A stretch of DNA of 63,714 nucleotides, the filler included, from Licmophora abbreviata (Eukaryota), in assembly GCA_900291995.1 (NCBI GenBank). It is 18 parts of 18 records of this genome, joined end to end, with 100 filler letters (N's around TTAATTAATTAA, not from the genome) between each part and the next. Parts side by side here need not be neighbours in the genome. Positions count along the whole stretch, not along the records: positions 48,075 to 53,405 come from OLMU01002212.1; positions 53,506 to 56,291 come from OLMU01002213.1; positions 56,392 to 58,262 come from OLMU01002214.1; positions 58,363 to 61,617 come from OLMU01002216.1; positions 61,718 to 63,714 come from OLMU01002220.1; 13 more parts are not named here. The stretch is one strand, 5' to 3'. The notes below the pieces were generated by a model. It saw only the letters and a program-made list of their open reading frames with translations. It was not told where the DNA came from and made no database searches. Of this stretch, positions 49,212 to 63,241 are shown piece after piece; the first letter of the stretch is position 1; the number at the start of each line of letters is the position of its first letter. The position numbers and the translations under genes are program-made.

Positions 49212-49227
49212 GTAACTTGTGCTTAAC
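49212..49227 (+). promoter_or_regulatory. Putative CtrA autoregulatory box
   Basis: GTAA-CTTGTGC-TTAAC about 55 bp upstream of ctrA. Confidence 0.7.
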
Positions 49228-49281
49228 CAATCTTGTCCATGGTTTCGATCGGATACTCGAAGACATAGCGGAGTTGAGTGA

Positions 49282-49998
49282 ATGCGTGTGCTGTTGGTAG
49301 AAGACGACCCCACGACCGCGAAAAGCATCGATATGATGCTGACCCATGCGAACCTGAACGTCTATACAACCGATCTGGGCGAGGAGGGGATCGATCTTGC
49401 CAAGCTCTATGATTACGACCTGATCCTGCTGGATCTGGGTCTGCCGGACATGAACGGTCACGAGGTGTTGCGCCAGTTGCGGCTTGCGCGCATTGATACG
49501 CCGATCCTGATCCTGAGCGGTGCGGATGATACGGACAACAAGATAAAGGGGTTCGGTTTTGGCGCGGATGATTACCTGACCAAACCGTTCCACCGAGAAG
49601 AGCTTGTGGCGCGGATCCACGCGATCATCCGCCGCTCGAAGGGGCATTCGCAATCGGTGATCCGCACCGGGCGCATCAACGTCAATCTGGATGCCAAGAC
49701 GGTGGATGTGGAGGGGCGGACGGTGCATCTGACCGGCAAGGAATACCAGATGCTCGAATTGCTGAGCCTGCGCAAGGGCACGACCCTGACCAAGGAGATG
49801 TTCCTCAATCATCTTTATGGCGGCATGGATGAGCCGGAACTGAAGATCATCGACGTGTTCATCTGTAAACTTCGCAAGAAATTGAGCGAGGCGACGGGCG
49901 GCGACAATCATATCGAGACTGTCTGGGGCCGGGGCTATGTGCTGCGCGATCCAGAGCCGGGGGCCATCGGATCGGGCCGTCTGGCGCTTGGCGCCTGA
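49282..49998 (+). CDS. ctrA: Response regulator CtrA
   Basis: MRVLLVEDD...[16 protein letters not shown]...[31 protein letters not shown]. Confidence 0.98.
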   Translation: MRVLLVEDDPTTAKSIDMMLTHANLNVYTTDLGEEGIDLAKLYDYDLILLDLGLPDMNGHEVLRQLRLARIDTPILILSGADDTDNKIKGFGFGADDYLTKPFHREELVARIHAIIRRSKGHSQSVIRTGRINVNLDAKTVDVEGRTVHLTGKEYQMLELLSLRKGTTLTKEMFLNHLYGGMDEPELKIIDVFICKLRKKLSEATGGDNHIETVWGRGYVLRDPEPGAIGSGRLALGA

Positions 49999-50038
49999 AG
50001 GGTGGGGGCCTGAGAGGTTGGGGGCGGCGGATCGGGGT

Positions 50039-50128
50039 CTGTTTTGCGTGGTCCGACCTTTGGGTTTCGCGGGCCTGTCTTGAGTGTTCCGATGCCGGGG
50101 ATCACCGGAGCTGTCTTGAGGGGTCCGG
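50039..50128. repeat. Three degenerate 18-bp direct repeats at exact 36-bp period
   Basis: CTGTTTTGCGTGGTCCGA (50039), CTGTCTTGAGTGTTCCGA (50075), CTGTCTTGAGGGGTCCGG (50111). Confidence 0.65.
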
Positions 50129-50211
50129 GCCTGCGGCCCATAGCGCCCATATCGCGCCCTTTCGGGCACTGGACGTCAGACCGCGCGCGGCCTATCACTT
50201 TGACCGGATAG

Positions 50212-54580
<4,369 letters not shown>

Positions 54581-54583
54581 GCG

Positions 54584-54611
54584 ACCTGATTTTTTGTGCG
54601 AAAAATCAGGT
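54584..54611. terminator. Inverted repeat after recG (terminator or operator)
   Basis: ACCTGATTTTT / AAAAATCAGGT 11-bp perfect stem. Confidence 0.5.
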
Positions 54612-54634
54612 GGTTGCAGAAAAAATCCGCAAAA

Positions 54635-54697
54635 GTTCGCAAATGTTCTCATAAAGTTCTTTACAGGGGCTGTGTAAAATGAGAACAAAGGGGCAAC
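54635..54697 (+). promoter_or_regulatory. LexA boxes in front of a small ORF
   Basis: GTTC-TCATAAA-GTTC (54645-54659, perfect), an extra GTTC at 54635, and GAAC-AAAGGGG-CAAC (54683-54697). Confidence 0.82.
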
Positions 54698-54722
54698 ACA
54701 CCATCAGCGAAAGGAACAGATC

Positions 54723-54845
54723 ATGTTTCGTCAGATCAAGGCCACCGCGATACGATCCTCGGACACCCTGCTGGGGGATTTTCTGGGGGCGGCGGCGCTC
54801 ATGGTCACGCTGATTGCCGGGCTCTGGTTGCCCGGTCTGTTCTAG
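54723..54845 (+). CDS. 40-aa putative SOS-inducible membrane microprotein
   Basis: MFRQIKATAIRSSDTLLGDFLGAAALMVTLIAGLWLPGLF; AAAGGA RBS; own promoter boxes and terminator. Confidence 0.75.
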   Translation: MFRQIKATAIRSSDTLLGDFLGAAALMVTLIAGLWLPGLF

Positions 54846-55001
54846 AGTTTCTGCCTGCGACGTTCCGATCCGTACCGCGCCTGTTGCATCCTTGTCCCCA
54901 AGCGGGATGTGACTGACCCCTTACCTGTCCCGAGGTCCGACAAGGGTTTCTGCCTGATCCCTTGATGCGCAAATCGGAGTTACCGGAGCCCGCTTTTCCT
55001 T

Positions 55002-55037
55002 CCGCCGCCGCTCGACCGAGCGTGCGGCGGTTTTTTT
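55002..55037 (+). terminator. Rho-independent terminator of the microprotein transcript
   Basis: CCGCCGC(C)GCTCG-AC-CGAGCGTGCGGCGG followed by T7. Confidence 0.82.
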
Positions 55038-55068
55038 ATGCGCGAAATTTTACGCGGGAAAGAGGCTG

Positions 55069-55524
55069 TCAGATGCAGGACTGGGCCGCGCGGGCCTGTT
55101 CGAGCGCTTCGACGGCGGCATCGAGGGTCAGCATGATCGAGGCGTGACGGTTCTTGTAGTCGCGCGCGGGGCTGAGCACCTCGAGCCCGTTGAAGGGGGC
55201 TGCGGGCGGAGGGCCGTCGGCCTTGAGCATGTCCTTGAGCGCGTCGCGGGTGGCGACCACCTGATCGGGGGTGCAGCCGATGATATGCGCGCCCACGACC
55301 GAAGCTGCGGCCTGTCCAAGCGCGCAGGCCTTCACCTCGGCGGCATAGTCGGTGATGGTGTTGCCATCGGTGCAGAGATCGACCGTGACGGTCGAGCCGC
55401 AAAGCGGCGCGCGTTTTTTCACGGTCGCGTCGGGGGCGTCGAGCCTTCCATGATGCGGAATATCGGCGGCCAGCTCGAGGATGCGCGCCGAATAGAGTTT
55501 GATGAGGTCGGTTTCGCCGCTCAT
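55069..55524 (-). CDS. IscU/NifU N-terminal-like Fe-S scaffold family protein
   Basis: PLCGS, ACALGQA, RHAS motifs. Confidence 0.85.
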   Translation of the reverse strand: MSGETDLIKLYSARILELAADIPHHGRLDAPDATVKKRAPLCGSTVTVDLCTDGNTITDYAAEVKACALGQAAASVVGAHIIGCTPDQVVATRDALKDMLKADGPPPAAPFNGLEVLSPARDYKNRHASIMLTLDAAVEALEQARAAQSCI

Positions 55525-55591
55525 GACTTTTCCTTTGCTGCGTTACCCAATAGATAGAAAACCTGACCGCAGATGCAAAAGGTTTTCGCCC

Positions 55592-55954
55592 ATGCCCTTC
55601 GATCCCGCCAGTTTGACATATGATGATCGCGGCCTCATTCCAGCGATCGCGCAGGACGCGGCCACGGGCGAGGTGCTGATGATGGCGTGGATGAACCGCG
55701 AGGCGGTGGCGCGCACGCTGGAATGCGGGCGCGTGACCTATTGGAGCCGGTCGCGGGCGGCGTTCTGGGTGAAGGGCGAAAGCTCGGGGCATGTGCAGGA
55801 GTTGGTGGAGATGCGGGTGGATTGCGACCGCGATTGCCTGCTGGTGCTGGTGCGTCAGACCGGTCCGGCCTGTCATACCAACCGGCGGAGCTGCTTCTAC
55901 ACGGCGGTGAGGGACGGCGAAGAGGTCGAGATCATGGCGCCGGAAGAGGGCTGA
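55592..55954 (+). CDS. hisI: Phosphoribosyl-AMP cyclohydrolase
   Basis: YWSRSR, KGESSG, DCDRD, ACHT.RRSCF. Confidence 0.97.
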   Translation: MPFDPASLTYDDRGLIPAIAQDAATGEVLMMAWMNREAVARTLECGRVTYWSRSRAAFWVKGESSGHVQELVEMRVDCDRDCLLVLVRQTGPACHTNRRSCFYTAVRDGEEVEIMAPEEG

Positions 55955-55957
55955 GGG

Positions 55958-56291
55958 TCAGAGGCCCAGCATCGCGCGGATGTCCCGAGGGGTCTTGCCT
56001 TCGGCGCGGTAGGTGGCGATGGCGCGGGCGTCGTCGCGCTTGGCCAGCCGCTTGCCGGCCTCGTCACGGATCAGCCGGTGATGGTGATAGATCGGCGTGG
56101 GCAGGCCCAGAAGCCCTTGCAACAGCACATGAATTTGCGTGGCACTGAAGAGATCGCGACCGCGGATCACGTGGGTGATCTGCTGCTCGGCATCATCCAC
56201 CACCACCGACAGGTGATAGGACGCGCCCAGACCGGGGCGGGCAAGGGCGACATCGCCCACGGTCCGGGTCATGTCCGAGGGCGTGATGAGG
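55958..56291 (-). CDS. gluQ: Glutamyl-Q tRNA(Asp) synthetase (3' part)
   Basis: SYHLSVVVDD, ITHVIRG.DL, KRLAKRD. Confidence 0.88.
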
Positions 56292-56391
56292 NNNNNNNNN
56301 NNNNNNNNNNNNNNNNNNNNNNNNNNNNNNNNNNNTTAATTAATTAANNNNNNNNNNNNNNNNNNNNNNNNNNNNNNNNNNNNNNNNNNNN

Positions 56392-57398
56392 CGCAAGCGC
56401 ATCTGGTCGTCCAGCAGCGTGGGCGAATTGAGGAAGGTGTTGCGGTGAATGCCGCCCAACCGCGCGAAGGAGGCATTTTCGAGACCGGGGATCATGCGGA
56501 ACACCTCGGTCTGGGCGCCGTATTTCATCTTGGTCTGAAAGCCCACGATGTTGAACAACGTGCCGAGCGCGTTGTCGCGCCGCAGCTGCACGACGGCATG
56601 GGGTTTGACATCGGGCTGATGCGGATTGGTCAGGCCCACGGGCTTCATCGGGCCGTGGCGCAGGGTTTCGCGGCCGCGCTCGGCCATCACTTCGATGGGC
56701 AGGCAGCCGTCGAAATAGCCAGCGGTCTCGCCCTCGTGAAACTCGGTCTTGTCGGCGGCGAGAAGCGCGTCGATGAAGGCGTCATAGGTGGCCCGGTCCA
56801 TCGGGCAGTTGAGATAGGCGGTGCGCTCTTCCTCGGTCTCGCCCTTGTCATAGCGCGATTGCATCCACGCCTTGGACATGTCGATGCTGTCGGCATAGAC
56901 GATGGGGGCGATGGCATCGAAAAAGGCCAGCGCATCGGCGCCGGTCTCGTGGGCGATGGCCTGTCCGAGACCCTGACTGGTGAGCGGGCCGGTGGCGATG
57001 ATCCAATGGCCATCGGCGGGAAGCGCGGTGATCTCGTCGTGCTGGATGGTGACGAGGGGATGGTTGCGCAGGGTTTGCGTGACATCGCGGGCGAACAGAT
57101 CGCGGTCCACGGCCAGAGCACCGCCCGCAGGCAGGCGGTGACGGTCGGCGGTCTGCATGATGAGCCCGTCAGCGGCGCGCATTTCCCAATGCAGCAGGCC
57201 CACGGCGTTTTGTTCGTCATCATCCGAGCGGAAGGAATTCGAGCACACCATCTCGGCCAGATCGCCGGTGCGGTGCGCGAAGGTTTCGACGCGCGGGCGC
57301 ATTTCGTGAATCACGACGGGAACGCCCATGTGGACGGCCTGCCAGGCGGCTTCGGAGCCGGCCATGCCGCCGCCGATGATATGGAGTGTCTTGTTCAT
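56392..57398 (-). CDS. trmFO: tRNA m5U54 methyltransferase TrmFO (3' end in gap)
   Basis: [37 protein letters not shown]. Confidence 0.96.
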
Positions 57399-57559
57399 GG
57401 CGCTGGATGTAGGGGATTGCGCGGCGTTTGGAAAGGGAGGGAACGCTCGGGTCGCCGCGATGGTCCTGTCGGAACCGGAAAGAGGCCGGTCTGGAGGGAC
57501 TGGACGCCGGCGGCGACCCCGAAATGCATCGCAAGCTCAATCGATGCCGTTCTGTCCAT
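57395..57559 (-). CDS. Possible 54-aa protein translationally coupled to trmFO
   Basis: GGAG RBS before [35 protein letters not shown]...; stop overlaps trmFO start (ATGA). Confidence 0.4.
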   Translation of the reverse strand: MDRTASIELAMHFGVAAGVQSLQTGLFPVPTGPSRRPERSLPFQTPRNPLHPAP

Positions 57560-57652
57560 GTCTGTATACTCCAACCCGTGCCCCGGAAAAATACCGATTG
57601 TGGAAAAAACAAGGCATGGTTTCGGAAACAACAAGGCGGGGGCGCGCGGCGG

Positions 57653-58262
57653 TCAGTCCTGATCCCAGTCCGGGCTGCGCTTTTCGAGAAAGGCGCTGAT
57701 GCCTTCGGCGGTGTCGCGATACATCATGTTTTCCACCATCACCTCGCCGGTATAGGCATAGGCCTGATCGAGCGGCATTTCGAGCTGATCGTAGAAGGCG
57801 CGCTTGCCGATGCGCACGGCGGCACCGAGCTTGGCGGCGATCTGTGCGGCCAGCGCGTCGGTTTCGGCCTCGAGCCGGTCAGGATCGACGGCGCGGTTGA
57901 TGAGGCCGAGTGCCTGCGCGCGGTCGGTGTCGATGAAGTCGCCGGTGGTGAGCATCTCGAAGGCCTGTTTGCGCGGGATATTTCGGCTGAGGGCCACCAT
58001 CGGCGTGGAACAGAAGAGCCCGATATTGACGCCGTTCACGCCAAACCGCGTGCCGGTGGCGGCGATGGCCAGATCGCAGGAGGCGACCAGCTGGCAGCCC
58101 GCGGCGGTGGCGATGCCATGCGGCTGCGCGATCACCGGCTGGGGCAGGGTGCGGATCGCGGTCATCACCCGCGCACAGCGCGCGAAGAGATCGGCGAAAT
58201 AGGCGCGCCCGCCATCGGGCGCCTGCCGGCCTTGGGTCATTTCCTTGAGGTCATGGCCTGCG
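57653..58262 (-). CDS. Enoyl-CoA hydratase/isomerase family protein (5' end in gap)
   Basis: AGHDLKE, AAGCQLVASCD, GLFCSTP, EGISAFLEKR. Confidence 0.92.
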
Positions 58263-58422
58263 NNNNNNNNNNNNNNNNNNNNNNNNNNNNNNNNNNNNNN
58301 NNNNNNTTAATTAATTAANNNNNNNNNNNNNNNNNNNNNNNNNNNNNNNNNNNNNNNNNNNNGTAAATAGATACCGTTATTGCAAGCTACTGAATTAGCT
58401 CGTTTTTATCAGGAAAGAGGGC

Positions 58423-58451
58423 CTTGACCTGTTTGTGTGGGGCTATATAAC
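58423..58451 (+). promoter_or_regulatory. Putative sigma70 promoter of rplM-rpsI
   Basis: CTTGACC ... CTATATAAC upstream of rplM. Confidence 0.6.
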
Positions 58452-58517
58452 CGCGCAATCGCATGAAGGGGCGGCAGTTTCGATCGCCCGACACGTCAAC
58501 CAAGGGATTTCCCTGCA

Positions 58518-58982
58518 ATGAAAACATTCTCTGCAACTCCGGCAGATATCGACAAGAAATGGATCCTGATCGACGCCGAGGGCGTTGTTCTGGGCCGTCT
58601 TGCCTCGATCGTCGCGATGCGCCTGCGCGGCAAGCACAAGGCGTCGTTCACGCCTCATATGGACATGGGCGACAATGTCATCGTCATCAATGCCGACAAG
58701 GTCCAGCTGACGGGCAACAAGCGCAACAAGCCCAATTACTGGCACACCGGCTATCCGGGCGGCATCAAGTCGCGCACCACGGGCCAGATCCTGGAAGGGG
58801 CGTATCCCGAGCGCGTCGTCATGCAGGCGGTCAAGCGGATGCTTCCGGGCAACCGCCTGTCGCGCAAGCAGATGACCAATCTGCGCGTCTATGCCGGCAC
58901 CGAGCACCCCCACGAGGCGCAAAGCCCCGAGGTGCTGGACGTCAAGTCGATGAACAACAAGAACACGCGGGTGGCGAACTGA
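58518..58982 (+). CDS. rplM: 50S ribosomal protein L13
   Basis: [27 protein letters not shown]. Confidence 0.99.
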   Translation: MKTFSATPADIDKKWILIDAEGVVLGRLASIVAMRLRGKHKASFTPHMDMGDNVIVINADKVQLTGNKRNKPNYWHTGYPGGIKSRTTGQILEGAYPERVVMQAVKRMLPGNRLSRKQMTNLRVYAGTEHPHEAQSPEVLDVKSMNNKNTRVAN

Positions 58983-59470
58983 TGGCTGAAGAAATCAAAT
59001 CCCTCGAGGGTCTGGAAGCGGTCGCCGGTGGCGCCGTGGCCGAGGCCGCGATCGAAGCGCCGCGCGAGCCTGTCCGTGACGAGCTGGGCCGGTCCTATGC
59101 GACCGGCAAGCGCAAGGATGCGGTCGCCCGCGTCTGGATCAAGCCGGGTTCCGGCAAGGTCAGCGTGAATGGCAAGGAAATGAAGGCGTATTTCGCGCGC
59201 CCCGTTCTGCAGATGATCCTGCGCCAGCCGTTCACCGTTGCCGGTGTCGAAGATCAGTTCGACGTGATGGCGACGGTCAAGGGCGGTGGTCTGTCGGGTC
59301 AGGCCGGTGCGGTCAAGCATGGCATCTCGAAAGCGCTGCAGCTGTATGATCCGTCGCTGCGCGGCGCGCTGAAGGCTGCTGGCTTCCTGACACGCGACAG
59401 CCGCGTTGTGGAACGCAAGAAGTTCGGTCGCCGCAAGGCGCGTCGGAGCTTCCAGTTCTCGAAGCGTTAA
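58982..59470 (+). CDS. rpsI: 30S ribosomal protein S9
   Basis: [26 protein letters not shown]. Confidence 0.99.
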   Translation: MAEEIKSLEGLEAVAGGAVAEAAIEAPREPVRDELGRSYATGKRKDAVARVWIKPGSGKVSVNGKEMKAYFARPVLQMILRQPFTVAGVEDQFDVMATVKGGGLSGQAGAVKHGISKALQLYDPSLRGALKAAGFLTRDSRVVERKKFGRRKARRSFQFSKR

Positions 59471-59494
59471 GCCGATCTTCGCGATTTTTCCCGT

Positions 59495-59528
59495 AAGGGC
59501 CGCCCGGTTGGGTGGCCCTTTTGCTTTT
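59495..59528 (+). terminator. Rho-independent terminator after rpsI
   Basis: AAGGGCCGCCC-GGTT-GGGTGGCCCTTTTGCTTTT. Confidence 0.85.
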
Positions 59529-59543
59529 GGCGCTGCGGTGGGA

Positions 59544-60161
59544 TTAGGTGTCGGGGGCGCCGAGGCCGAGGCCGCGCAGGTAGATGCCGATGCCGGTCTC
59601 GAGCAGCTCTTCGGGGGCGAAGGGCACGGCGGTGCCGGGGGAGTTGCGCGCGAAAAGCTCGACCACGCCATGCGACATCGCCCAGATATGGGCGCTGAAC
59701 ATCGCCGCAGGCGGGCGGCGTTCGGGGGAGATATGCTGGCTGAGGTCTTCGGCGGCCTGTTCGATCACCGCGCGGGCGCGGCGCGCGACGAGGGCCAGCT
59801 CGGGGGTGCGGTTCACCGAGAGCCCGCTTTCGAACATCGCGATGTAATGGCCGGGATAGTGGCGCGCGAAGGCGAGATAGGCGCGTCCCGTGGCCTCGAC
59901 GCTGGCCAGCGCCGAGGGCTGGCCGCGATCATAGGCCTCCTGCATGACATCGGCGAAGATCACATAGCCTTGGCGCGCGGCTTCGGCGATCAGGTCGTCG
60001 CGGCCTGCGAAATGGCGGTAGACCGCCGCGGGCGTCACCCCGGCCTGTTTGGCCGCCTCCGACAGGGTGAAGCCCGACGGCCCCTTGGCTTCGATTAGGC
60101 GCAGGGCGGCATCCACCAGGGCCTGTTTCAGGTTGCCGTGGTGGTAGCCCTGTTTAGGCAT
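59544..60161 (-). CDS. TetR/AcrR family regulator (WHG-type C-terminus)
   Basis: [24 protein letters not shown]. Confidence 0.92.
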   Translation of the reverse strand: MPKQGYHHGNLKQALVDAALRLIEAKGPSGFTLSEAAKQAGVTPAAVYRHFAGRDDLIAEAARQGYVIFADVMQEAYDRGQPSALASVEATGRAYLAFARHYPGHYIAMFESGLSVNRTPELALVARRARAVIEQAAEDLSQHISPERRPPAAMFSAHIWAMSHGVVELFARNSPGTAVPFAPEELLETGIGIYLRGLGLGAPDT

Positions 60162-61023
60162 TCCAGATTTCCGGCCCGGCACAGACCGAGCTGTCGGGAG
60201 AGCCTATGGCGCGGGCATCCTTGCGCCCGTAGTCGACATTCAGGAGCAGATGGCGGATCGCTTCAAGCCGGGCACGGCGTTTGTCATCCGAGCGCACCAC
60301 GGTCCAAGGCGCGTGGCTGGTATGGGAGCGATCCAGCGTTTCCGAGATCGCGGAGGAATACTCGTCCCATTTGGCCAGCCCTTCGACATCGATGCGGCTG
60401 AGTTTCCATTGCTTGAGGGGGCTTGCCTCGCGGTCGAGAAAGCGGCGCAGTTGCTCTCCACGGCCCACATTGAGCCAGAACTTGACGAGGTGAATGCCCT
60501 CATCGACCAGCATCTTTTCGAAATCGGGCACCTGGTGGAAAAAATGTTCGCGCTGCGCATGGGTGCAAAAGCCGAACACCTTTTCCACCACGCCGCGATT
60601 ATACCAGCTTCGGTCGAAGAACACGATTTCGCCGCCCGAGGGGAGGTGATCGACATAACGCTGGAAATACCATTGGCTGCTTTCGACATCCGAGGGTTTC
60701 GACAGTGCCACGACCCGCGCGCCGCGCGGATTGAGATACTCGCGGAACCGCTTGATCGTGCCGCCCTTGCCGGCGGCGTCGCGGCCCTCGAAGACGATGG
60801 CGATGCGCGCGCCGCTGGACTTGGTCCAGTTCTGCAGCTTGACCAGTTCGATCTGCAGCGCCTCGAGTTCCTTTTCGTAATGCTTGCGCGGCAGGCGTTC
60901 GGAATGGGGAAAGCCCGGGTCGATGATGTCGCCCTTCTCGCCGCGGCGGATCGCGTTGCGGATGCGTTCGGGCGCGTCGTTGGCGTAAAAGGCGCTGATC
61001 GCCCCGTCGAATGGCAGCTCCAT
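60154..61023 (-). CDS. ppk2: Polyphosphate kinase 2
   Basis: [33 protein letters not shown]. Confidence 0.96.
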   Translation of the reverse strand: MELPFDGAISAFYANDAPERIRNAIRRGEKGDIIDPGFPHSERLPRKHYEKELEALQIELVKLQNWTKSSGARIAIVFEGRDAAGKGGTIKRFREYLNPRGARVVALSKPSDVESSQWYFQRYVDHLPSGGEIVFFDRSWYNRGVVEKVFGFCTHAQREHFFHQVPDFEKMLVDEGIHLVKFWLNVGRGEQLRRFLDREASPLKQWKLSRIDVEGLAKWDEYSSAISETLDRSHTSHAPWTVVRSDDKRRARLEAIRHLLLNVDYGRKDARAIGSPDSSVCAGPEIWNA

Positions 61024-61059
61024 GGGTGTCTCCCTGCAGTTTTGCGCCACTATGGCGGC

Positions 61060-61617
61060 TCAATCGGCGGGGTGCAATCCGGCGCGGACGGCGGCGCGCG
61101 TGATGGCGGCGATGACCGCGTCCTCGGCGGCGTGGTGCGGCATATGGGCGATGCCGGGCAGGCGGGTCAGGGTGGCGGAGGGCAGATCGCGGGCGAGCGG
61201 CTCGGCATGGATGTGCAGGCCCACGGTGGTGTCTTCGGTGCCGTGGACCACCTCTACCGGGAGGGTGAGCCGGGCGATGGCGTCCTGCATGGCGGTGATT
61301 TCGGAGAGCAGGTTGGCGCGTTGCAGGGCATTGGCACGCAGGCTGTCGCGGCGCAGGGTCAGAGGCGCGCCGACATGGTCGATATAGCCCGGCGGCACGG
61401 CGTTCGGCTCGAATATTGCGGCCACGGCGCGTTCCACCCGCGCGTCGCGGACAAAGGCGGTCAGAAGCGGACTGACGAGGGGGCCAAGGACGGGATGCGA
61501 CAAGGTCTTGTAATAGAGGCTGAGATCGCTTTTCCAGGGTTTCGCGGGGGCCGCGAGCGGCACGAGGGCCGCGATGTGATCGGGGCGGTGCACCGCCCAG
61601 GCCAGCGCCACGGCACC
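61060..61617 (-). CDS. Alpha/beta hydrolase (3' part)
   Basis: AVALAWA after the nucleophile elbow, HGTED, GIAHMPHH. Confidence 0.85.
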   Translation of the reverse strand, partial: GAVALAWAVHRPDHIAALVPLAAPAKPWKSDLSLYYKTLSHPVLGPLVSPLLTAFVRDARVERAVAAIFEPNAVPPGYIDHVGAPLTLRRDSLRANALQRANLLSEITAMQDAIARLTLPVEVVHGTEDTTVGLHIHAEPLARDLPSATLTRLPGIAHMPHHAAEDAVIAAITRAAVRAGLHPAD

Positions 61618-61717
61618 NNNNNNNNNNNNNNNNNNNNNNNNNNNNNNNNNNNNNNNNNNNNTTAATTAATTAANNNNNNNNNNNNNNNNNNNNNNNNNNN
61701 NNNNNNNNNNNNNNNNN

Positions 61718-62324
61718 CCGCTACCGGATCACAAAAAGCGGGCGCGAGGCCATGATGACGCTGCTGGATGACAGCGCGGCGCCGCAGGACGGCATCGCCG
61801 CCGGCTTTCGGGACATGCGCCCGGCCTTGGGGCATGACCGGACCGAGAGCCATACGCGCGACGCCTCGGATCGGCAGCGCAGGCTGCGCTATGGTGCTGC
61901 CGAAACGCCGCTGATCGCGCTGGCGCGGCGCCGGGATCGCGACGGGCGGCATTTCCTGTCTCCCGAGCTTGTGCGCGCCGGAGAGCGTCTGCGCGAGGAT
62001 TTCGATCTTGCGGGGCTTGTGCCGATGCGGCCGGAAAGCTGGGATCAGATGATGATGCAGACGACACCCGCGCCGGGGCATGTGCAGGGCGCTCCGGGCC
62101 GCCCGGAAGCTGCGCGTCTGCGGGTGCTCGAGGCGCTGCGCGAGCTTGGCCCCGGCCTTGGGGATGTGGCGCTGCGGTGTTGCTGCTATCTCGAAGGGTT
62201 GGAGACCGCCGAAAAGCGCATGGGCTGGTCGGCGCGGTCGGGCAAGATCGTGCTGCGCATCGCGCTGCAGCGGTTGCGCCGCCATTATGAGGGGTTGCAT
62301 GACGGCGGGGGGCTGATCGGGTAG
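61718..62324 (+). CDS. gafA: GafA-like (DUF6456) gene-transfer-agent activator, 3' part
   Basis: AGERLREDF and CCCYLEGLETAEKRMGWSARSGKIVLRIAL C-terminal HTH; near lipA, as recalled for Rhodobacterales gafA. Confidence 0.78.
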
Positions 62325-62338
62325 GCGCGGGTCTTGCC

Positions 62339-63073
62339 TCAGCCGCCCACCAGCCAGCCCACGAAGAACGCGACGATGGCACAGACCGTGCCGACAAGAA
62401 CCGTTTCCCCGACCGACCGGGTGATGCGTTCGCGCGTCGCGCTGAACCGCAGCAGGCCAAGCCCGATCAGGGCGCTGAGCGTCGTGCCGATGGACATGAA
62501 GAAGGTCTCTTGGGTCGGCTCGAACAGGAAATAGGGCAGCAACGGGATCGCGCCGAACACCACGAAGGACATGAAGGTGAACAGCCCGTTGAGGGCCGGG
62601 TTTTCCTCGTCCGGGTCCTGCATGCCGAATTCATAGGTCATCATCAGATCGGCCATGATCTGCGGATGGCGGGACAGGATCGCGGTGGCGGTGTCGGCCT
62701 CGCCCGCCGGCAGGCCGCGCTGGCGCAGGATCTCAAACAGCTCCATGCGCTCCTGTTCGGGGTTGCGGGCGATTTCGCGCAATTCGGCCTGTCGCCGTGC
62801 CCGGTAGAGATCGTGCTGCGAGCGGGCCGACAGGAATTCGCCCAAGCCCATGCTGACCGCATCGGCAAAGAGGTTGGCAAGCCCGAAGACCAGCACCGCG
62901 ACCCCGCCGATCTGGGCCACGCCATCGGCCGATGCCCCCGCGAATCCCGCAACTATGGCGAAGGTGGTGACGATGCCGTCATTGCCGCCATAGACGATCT
63001 GCTTGAGGAATTCCTGTGTCTTGCCCAAGGCATGGGCCTCGCGCCGATGGGCCTGCCAGTCCAGATGTTCCAC
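62339..63073 (-). CDS. VIT1/CCC1 family metal transporter
   Basis: IVYGGNDGIVTTFAIVAG, ADAVSMGLGEFLS, PLLPY. Confidence 0.9.
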   Translation of the reverse strand: MEHLDWQAHRREAHALGKTQEFLKQIVYGGNDGIVTTFAIVAGFAGASADGVAQIGGVAVLVFGLANLFADAVSMGLGEFLSARSQHDLYRARRQAELREIARNPEQERMELFEILRQRGLPAGEADTATAILSRHPQIMADLMMTYEFGMQDPDEENPALNGLFTFMSFVVFGAIPLLPYFLFEPTQETFFMSIGTTLSALIGLGLLRFSATRERITRSVGETVLVGTVCAIVAFFVGWLVGG

Positions 63074-63241
63074 ACGCTGTCCCTTGTTGTGTGATGGTTT
63101 CGGGCAGAATAGCCCAAGGCACGAAGGCTGCAACCCGGCTGCACCGAGCGGCGATGCATGGCGGATATGCGGAACTGGCACTCGCGCTTGGCTTGGACTA
63201 TGTTACGCCCATCACAAGGACCGAGCAGCGGGGAGTTTTCC

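Noticed and set aside
50039..50128. CRISPR interpretation of the 36-bp-period repeats
   Set aside because: Only three units, 18-bp degenerate repeats, 18-bp spacers, no leader or cas genes.
58463..59470. 335-aa ORF appearing as an N-terminally extended S9
   Set aside because: Upstream part is an alternative frame over rplM; rpsI starts at 58982 via TGATG coupling.
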